Part shown: positions 57,903-64,000 of the stretch, in pieces
How positions within the stretch are numbered: the stretch's first letter is position 1
How the letters are laid out: every line of letters starts with the position of its first letter
DNA from: Spirochaetota bacterium
Lineage (GTDB): Bacteria > Spirochaetota > UBA12135 > COTS27 > CBDBHE01
Assembly: GCA_965205605.1 (NCBI GenBank)
Contig: CBDBHE010000006.1
Span: forward strand, 64,001 to 128,000
Direction: 5' to 3'
DNA: 64,000 nucleotides
Position numbers and translations under genes: made by a program
The notes under the pieces: generated by a model
What the model saw: the letters and a program-made list of their open reading frames with translations, nothing else
What the model was told of the DNA's origin: nothing
Databases searched by the model: none

Positions 57903-59609
57903 TTATTTCATGTAGTCTCGTAAGATTTTACTTTGATCGGGTTTTTTAAGTCGAGCAAGTGCTTTTCCTTCAATTTGTCTAATGCGTTCTCGAGTGACTC
58001 TAAAGACATAGCCTGTTTCTTCAAGAGTCCTAGGGCAACCATCATCTAGTCCATAACGCATTTTTAAAACTTCTCTTTCTCTTTGAGGCAATTCTCCAAG
58101 CACGGATTCAATTTCTGCTCTTAACATACTAAAATTAGCAGTTGTTCTTGGATTTTCTGCTTCTTTACTTTCAATAAAGTCACCAAGAAAACTGTCATTG
58201 CGATCTCCGATAGGAGTTTCTAAAGAGATGGGGTCTTTAGAAATATTTTTAACAACATTAATTTTTTTTATTTTCCAATTTAAAATGCTAGCGAGTTCTT
58301 CTGAAGAAGGTTCTCTACCGTGTTGTTGAAGAAAGAGTCTAGTTTCTCTTGAGATTTTATTTACTTGTTCAATCATATGAACGGGAATGCGAATATTTCT
58401 TGATTTATCAGAAATGCTTCTCATAATCGCTTGGCGAATCCACCAAGTAGAATAAGTCGAAAATTTATATCCTTTTTTATAATCATATTTTTTTACAGCA
58501 TTCATAAGACCGATATTGCCTTCTTGAATGAGATCAAAAAAATGCAGGCCTCTATAAGTATATTTTTTAGCAATACTAATGACAAGGCGAAGGTTGGCTT
58601 TGACTAATTTATGTTTGCTTTCGTTCATTAAATTATTGGCTTTGGTGAGACTTCTGGAGAGTTTTGAGATTTTAATTGGACTTGCTTGTAAGTAATTGAT
58701 ATGTTCATTAATAATTTGTTGTTGTTCTACGTATCTTTTGGCGATATTAATAAAGGCTTGTTTTTTTGTTTTAGCTTGAAAAGCGTAATGGTTAATCATG
58801 CTTTTGTCTTCTAAATTATTAACAACCTTTTCAAAGTCTTCTTTAATAAGATTGTATCTTTTCGTCATAGACTCTATTTTAGATCTTGCTCTATTAATAT
58901 TTTTTTCAGCACTATAAATCGTATCTGATATTTTAGTATAAATATTTTTACTAATTTGTTCTTTCATAAAGAGTGAAGAAAGTTTTTTTTTAGATTTTTT
59001 AGTTTGTGTTTTAGAGTTATAAAATTGAAGAAAGTTTTTTTCAAACTTATCATAACGTTTTTTTAATAGTTGTTTTTCAATAGCGGATACATTGTAAATC
59101 CTAGGGGGATTTAAAACATCAAAAATAAGATCTATATTTTGTGGATTTTCTTTAATGAGACAAATGCGTTTATAGATTTCGTGATAAGTTGTTTCGACTT
59201 CATGAACAACATTAACCACTTCCAATTCTCCTTTTTCAATATCGATGGCTAATTGTTTTTCTTCTTTTTTAGTGAGTAGTTTCACTTTTCCAATGTCTTT
59301 TAGATAAAGCCTTATAGGATCATCTAATTTTCGATTATCTTTGGCTAATTTTTCTAAAAGGTCAACAATTTCTTTATTTTTTTGTTCATTACTTAATTCT
59401 GGTTTGATATGGTATTCGTCGATGACTTCGACATCATTTTCATTTAGAATAATAAGTAAATTATCAATTAAATCCTCATGATTTAAGATTTCTGTGGGAA
59501 GCATTCGGTTGATTGTTGAAAAAGTAAGCTCTTTTTCAGTTTGACCTAATTTTATAAGTTTTATGACATCTGGATGGTCTTTTAAATCTATAATTTCTGT
59601 TCTTACCAT
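57903..59609 (-). CDS. rpoD: Primary sigma factor RpoD
   Basis: Region 1.1, [11 protein letters not shown], non-conserved region, [46 protein letters not shown]. Confidence 0.97.
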   Translation of the reverse strand: MVRTEIIDLKDHPDVIKLIKLGQTEKELTFSTINRMLPTEILNHEDLIDNLLIILNENDVEVIDEYHIKPELSNEQKNKEIVDLLEKLAKDNRKLDDPIRLYLKDIGKVKLLTKKEEKQLAIDIEKGELEVVNVVHEVETTYHEIYKRICLIKENPQNIDLIFDVLNPPRIYNVSAIEKQLLKKRYDKFEKNFLQFYNSKTQTKKSKKKLSSLFMKEQISKNIYTKISDTIYSAEKNINRARSKIESMTKRYNLIKEDFEKVVNNLEDKSMINHYAFQAKTKKQAFINIAKRYVEQQQIINEHINYLQASPIKISKLSRSLTKANNLMNESKHKLVKANLRLVISIAKKYTYRGLHFFDLIQEGNIGLMNAVKKYDYKKGYKFSTYSTWWIRQAIMRSISDKSRNIRIPVHMIEQVNKISRETRLFLQQHGREPSSEELASILNWKIKKINVVKNISKDPISLETPIGDRNDSFLGDFIESKEAENPRTTANFSMLRAEIESVLGELPQREREVLKMRYGLDDGCPRTLEETGYVFRVTRERIRQIEGKALARLKKPDQSKILRDYMK

Positions 59610-59762
59610 TTTAATTTTTTCGTCAATTGCCTCTTTTTTTATAGGATTTTTTTTAAGATTTTTAGTTTAATTAATTCTCTTTTAAGAGTTTAAAAAAAAA
59701 TGAATTCGAATTATACCATAGATGTTAAATTTTTTTTTTAAATAAAACAAAAAAAAGTCATA

Positions 59763-60413
59763 TTATTTAAAATTAATATCTTTTCCTATAGTAGCTTGGT
59801 AAGTTATTTTTCTGTTGTTATAAGCAACCTTTATTTCCTTTTTTACTCCTCTTTCGTTTTTAATCGTATTTTTTAAAATTCCTTTTCCTTTAATGAGAAT
59901 ATTTCCATATTGATATTGGATTTGTAAAGAAGTACCTTTTTTTAAGTAAGGTTCATCTTCATATTTTTTTTCAAAAAAATATCTTATTTGTTTATTTTTT
60001 TTTGTGGGTTTTTTTTTTATAAATTGTTTGAGAATAGTTTGTTGTTGTTGCAAGAAATTTTTTTCCATCATAACAGAGTATGGTTTTATGGTTTTTTTTT
60101 GTTGGTAATAAACATGAATGCCTTCTCCATAAATAATATAGTTTTTTTCTGGAAATTGTTGATTTAAAAAATCTTGAATGTCTCCAGCGATGATGTAATT
60201 ATTGCCTTTTCGCATAGGAGAGGCCCAATTTAATAAAATTGCTTTTTCTTTTGGGAAAGAATGATTTAAGAATTGATCAACAGAAGGGTAAAGTTTATTA
60301 ATCAAAAGTTTTTCTTTTAAAAAAATAGTAATTTTTTTTTTCTTTGTTTCTTGATTCATTAAAATTAGAGTTGATAATAAAAAAATGAAAATAGATTTTA
60401 ACAAAGATGTCAT
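59763..60413 (-). CDS. Divergent FlgA-like protein
   Basis: Follows flgG and has a signal peptide. C-terminus LKKGTSLQIQYQYGNILIKGKG...EIKVAY...YQATI resembles FlgA (VxxGxxVxI...GxxIxxxG...IxV...AxV). Confidence 0.5.
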   Translation of the reverse strand: MTSLLKSIFIFLLSTLILMNQETKKKKITIFLKEKLLINKLYPSVDQFLNHSFPKEKAILLNWASPMRKGNNYIIAGDIQDFLNQQFPEKNYIIYGEGIHVYYQQKKTIKPYSVMMEKNFLQQQQTILKQFIKKKPTKKNKQIRYFFEKKYEDEPYLKKGTSLQIQYQYGNILIKGKGILKNTIKNERGVKKEIKVAYNNRKITYQATIGKDINFK

Positions 60414-60449
60414 TTTGTTTTTTTATTTAAAAGGATTAGATAAGAAAAA

Positions 60450-61244
60450 TTATCTTTTAAGATTAACAGCTGTTTGGAGCATGCTATCAGAAGATTGAAT
60501 TGCTTTAGAGTTAAATTCATAAGCTCTTTGAGCGGTGATCATATTCACCATTTCATCGACGACTCTGACATTAGACATTTCTAAAAACCCTTGTAAGACT
60601 TGAGGTTGTCCATCTAATCCAGGGACTCCTTCGATAGCGTCTCCTGAAGCTTCTGTTGATTTATAAAGATTTCCCCCAATATTAGAAAGACCAGCTGGAT
60701 TAATAAATCGATGAGCTGTTAATTGAGTAATTTCTATTATTTCATCGGTTTGAATATTTCTTGCTGTAACTTGTCCTTGTTTGCTAATAGCAATACTTTT
60801 AGGATCAATATTTTCTGGAAAAGTGACTTCTGGGATTAGTTTAAGACCATTAGAATTGACTAATTGCCCATTTGCATCGAGTTTAAAACTACCATCCCTT
60901 GAAAAAGCATCTGTTCCATCAGCAAGTAAGAGTTTAAAAAATCCTCTTCCTTCTAAAGCGAGGTCTAAAAGATTGCCTGTATTTTGAAGGGATCCTTGAT
61001 CAAACATTTTTTGAGTGGCACTGACTTTAACCCCAAGTCCGACTTGAATCCCGGTAGGAACAATTGTTTCTTCAGTAGCCGGAGTCCCTGCTATTTTAAG
61101 CGTTTGATATAAAATGTCTTCAAAATCAGCTCTTGTTTTTTTATACCCTGTTGTATTGACATTGGCAATATTATTTGCAATAGTATCAATATTAAATTGT
61201 TGAGAGTTCATTCCTGAGGCTGCTGCCCATAAAGATCGCATCAT
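60450..61244 (-). CDS. flgG: Flagellar distal rod protein FlgG
   Basis: MRSLWAAASGM, IANNIANVNTTGYK, FEDILYQ, QGFLEMSNV...EMVNMITAQRAYEFNSK. Confidence 0.97.
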   Translation of the reverse strand: MMRSLWAAASGMNSQQFNIDTIANNIANVNTTGYKKTRADFEDILYQTLKIAGTPATEETIVPTGIQVGLGVKVSATQKMFDQGSLQNTGNLLDLALEGRGFFKLLLADGTDAFSRDGSFKLDANGQLVNSNGLKLIPEVTFPENIDPKSIAISKQGQVTARNIQTDEIIEITQLTAHRFINPAGLSNIGGNLYKSTEASGDAIEGVPGLDGQPQVLQGFLEMSNVRVVDEMVNMITAQRAYEFNSKAIQSSDSMLQTAVNLKR

Positions 61245-61349
61245 AATAAGAATCCTTTCTTTGTTTTTTTCCTAAATCAATTATCGAAATAATTTTTTTT
61301 TAGATTAGAAAAAAATTTTTTAAATCAATTCATTCCTTTTTAGGAAGTA

Positions 61350-62051
61350 TTAGGTTTCTTTTAAAGAAAAATCAGTCCATAAACAAGATTTTCTTTTTTC
61401 TTTTATTTTTTTTTTTAAAAGGATTTCAAATTTTTCTCTAGAAGCAATTGTTCCCCCTAAAGAAAGAAGGTGTTTGGCATCCGTTGTTTGACAGTCAATT
61501 AAGCTTATTTTTTTTTTAATACTAATTTGCACTAAATAATAAAAAGCAACTTTTGAAGCATTACTAATAAGATGAAACATAGATTCTCCAAAAAAGCAGC
61601 TATTTATAGCTAAGCCATAAAGCCCACCGATGAGTTTGTTTTTTTGGTAAATTTCAATAGAATGAGCGATGCCTTGTTGATGAAGTTTGATGTAAGCTTT
61701 AATCATGTCTTGGTTAATCCAAGTGTCTTTTTGGTTTTTTCTTGAGGTTTGGGCACAAGCGTTGATGACGTCTTGAAAAGCTGTGTCAAAGGAGACGTTA
61801 AAGGTATTATTTTTGATTATTTTTTTAAGAGATTTAGGTAAGATAAAATTTTCAGGTTGTACAATAATACGTTCATTTGGGCAATACCAAAGAATAGGGG
61901 GTTGTTGGTACCAGGGGAAAATCCCTTTAGAGTAAGCTTCTAATAAAATTTCTTTGGAAAGATGGCCGCCTATGGCAATTAAGCCATCTTGTTTGGATTG
62001 TAATTGTTTTGAAAAATAAGGAGAAGTGGGATTAACGCTACTTACAAACAT
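61350..62051 (-). CDS. aat: Leucyl/phenylalanyl-tRNA-protein transferase
   Basis: GLIAIGGHL, AYSKGIFPW, TWI, AHSIE, GGLYG, FFGESMF, ASKVA, IDCQ. Confidence 0.95.
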   Translation of the reverse strand: MFVSSVNPTSPYFSKQLQSKQDGLIAIGGHLSKEILLEAYSKGIFPWYQQPPILWYCPNERIIVQPENFILPKSLKKIIKNNTFNVSFDTAFQDVINACAQTSRKNQKDTWINQDMIKAYIKLHQQGIAHSIEIYQKNKLIGGLYGLAINSCFFGESMFHLISNASKVAFYYLVQISIKKKISLIDCQTTDAKHLLSLGGTIASREKFEILLKKKIKEKRKSCLWTDFSLKET

Positions 62052-62087
62052 TAATAAGAATTATAAAATAATAAAAAAAGAAAAAGA

Positions 62088-63293
62088 TTAACGATCTTCC
62101 AAGCAAGCAACCCCAGGAAGTGTTTTACCTTCTAGGAGTTCTAAAGAAGCTCCGCCACCTGTAGAAATATGAGTCATTTCTTTTTCGAGCTTTGCTTTTC
62201 GAATGGCCGAAGCACAATCGCCTCCTCCAATAATTGAAATAGCTTTATTTTTAGTGGCTTTAGATAAAATTTTAGCGATTTCAAAGGTTCCTTTTGCCGT
62301 TTTTGGGTGTTCAAAAACACCCATAGGACCATTCCAAAAAATTGTTTTTGCTTCTAAAAGGATTTTTTCAAAAAGAGCGATTGATTTTTCTCCAATATCA
62401 AGTCCTTCTTGATAATTTGGGATGCTTTCTTTATTTACAGTGATAAGGTCGCTTGTTAAAGTTTTCGTTTTAAAATCCAAGGTACCGACTACGTGATCAA
62501 TAGGCAAAACGATTTTTTCTTTATGATGATTTAAAATTTTTTTACAGGTTTTAATAAGATTTTGATCTAAAAGAGAGTTGCCAATTTCAAGTCCCATGGC
62601 TTTGTAAAATGTATAAGCCATGCCACCACCAATAATAATTTTGCTTGCTTTGTTTAAAAGATTTGTAATGAGGGGAAGTTTATCACTAATTTTAGCGCCT
62701 CCTAAAATAGCAATGAAAGGATGCTTTGGGGAACTGATAGCGTTATTTAAAAATTTGAGTTCTTTTTCCATTAAAAAACCAGCTACAGAAGGAAGATATT
62801 CAGCGACATTGGCTGTTGAAGCGTGCTCTCTGTGGGCGGTACCAAAAGCATCGTTGACATAAATATCTGCTAAAGAAGCGAGTTGTTTGGCATAATTTTT
62901 TCTGGCTTGAAGGTCTTTGGATTCGGTTTCTTCTTGATGGAAGCGACAATTTTCTAACATTAAAATTTCTTTATTTTTCAAATTTTGAGCTAAATTTTTT
63001 GTGATCTCTCCTATGGAATCAGGGGCCATGATCACCTTTTGTTCTAAAAGAGAAGCTAGTTCTTCACTACAAGGTTTTAGAGAATATTCTGGATTAATTT
63101 TTCCTTTTGGCCTTCCGAGGTGACTCATTAAAATCAAACTCCCCCCATGATCTAAAACATAGTGAATGCTTTCTAAAGCAGCTACAATCCTTGCATTATC
63201 ACTAATTTTATTGTTTTCAAAAGGAACATTAAAGTCTACACGCATGAGAACTTTTTTGTTAATAATATTAATGTCTTTTAAAGTTTTTTTCAT
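62088..63293 (-). CDS. pgk: Phosphoglycerate kinase
   Basis: RVDFNVP, SHLGRP, DAFGTAHR, GGAKISDK, WNGPMGVFE, HISTGGGASL. Confidence 0.98.
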   Translation of the reverse strand: MKKTLKDINIINKKVLMRVDFNVPFENNKISDNARIVAALESIHYVLDHGGSLILMSHLGRPKGKINPEYSLKPCSEELASLLEQKVIMAPDSIGEITKNLAQNLKNKEILMLENCRFHQEETESKDLQARKNYAKQLASLADIYVNDAFGTAHREHASTANVAEYLPSVAGFLMEKELKFLNNAISSPKHPFIAILGGAKISDKLPLITNLLNKASKIIIGGGMAYTFYKAMGLEIGNSLLDQNLIKTCKKILNHHKEKIVLPIDHVVGTLDFKTKTLTSDLITVNKESIPNYQEGLDIGEKSIALFEKILLEAKTIFWNGPMGVFEHPKTAKGTFEIAKILSKATKNKAISIIGGGDCASAIRKAKLEKEMTHISTGGGASLELLEGKTLPGVACLEDR

Positions 63294-63334
63294 GTTATTT
63301 TTAGTTTGGACCTTAAAAGATATAAAATTTTTTT

Positions 63335-64000
<666 letters not shown>

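Overview
Very AT-rich, densely coding bacterial chromosome segment, most likely from a spirochete (inferred from a spiro-SPASM-like radical SAM gene, an LCP/LytR_C-rsfS pair and divergent flagellar genes). It is mostly housekeeping: hslV(partial)-hslU, def, polA, tRNA-Phe, lepB, rpsD, a DEAD-box helicase, proC, dnaG, speDE, rsfS, lipA, grpE-dnaK-dnaJ, trmB, fabG-acpP-fabF, cysM, pstSCA, gatAB, metXW, metF, mnmA, rpoD, flgG, aat, pgk and gap(partial). Accessory genes include a GH95 fucosidase, a lipoprotein sulfatase, an ArsS-like radical SAM plus AhpD pair, a TPR protein and MscS. I saw no CRISPR array, integrase, transposase, prophage or defence system. Best leads: (1) mnmA is split by a +1 frameshift at CTT-AAA-G, where the A-site codon depends on MnmA's own product. 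This could be autoregulatory recoding, but nearby indels make a local sequencing error the null. (2) Moving one 4.7-kb block (flgH..dnaG) back between flgA and rpoD restores two canonical adjacencies at once. (3) An AhpD-ArsS-sulfatase-metF string lacks the usual arsenosugar partner genes. (4) LepB and the GH95 carry large domain insertions. (5) There is a micro-duplication hotspot around the TPR gene and a C10 tract in mscS. All family calls come from reading motifs by eye; no database search was run.
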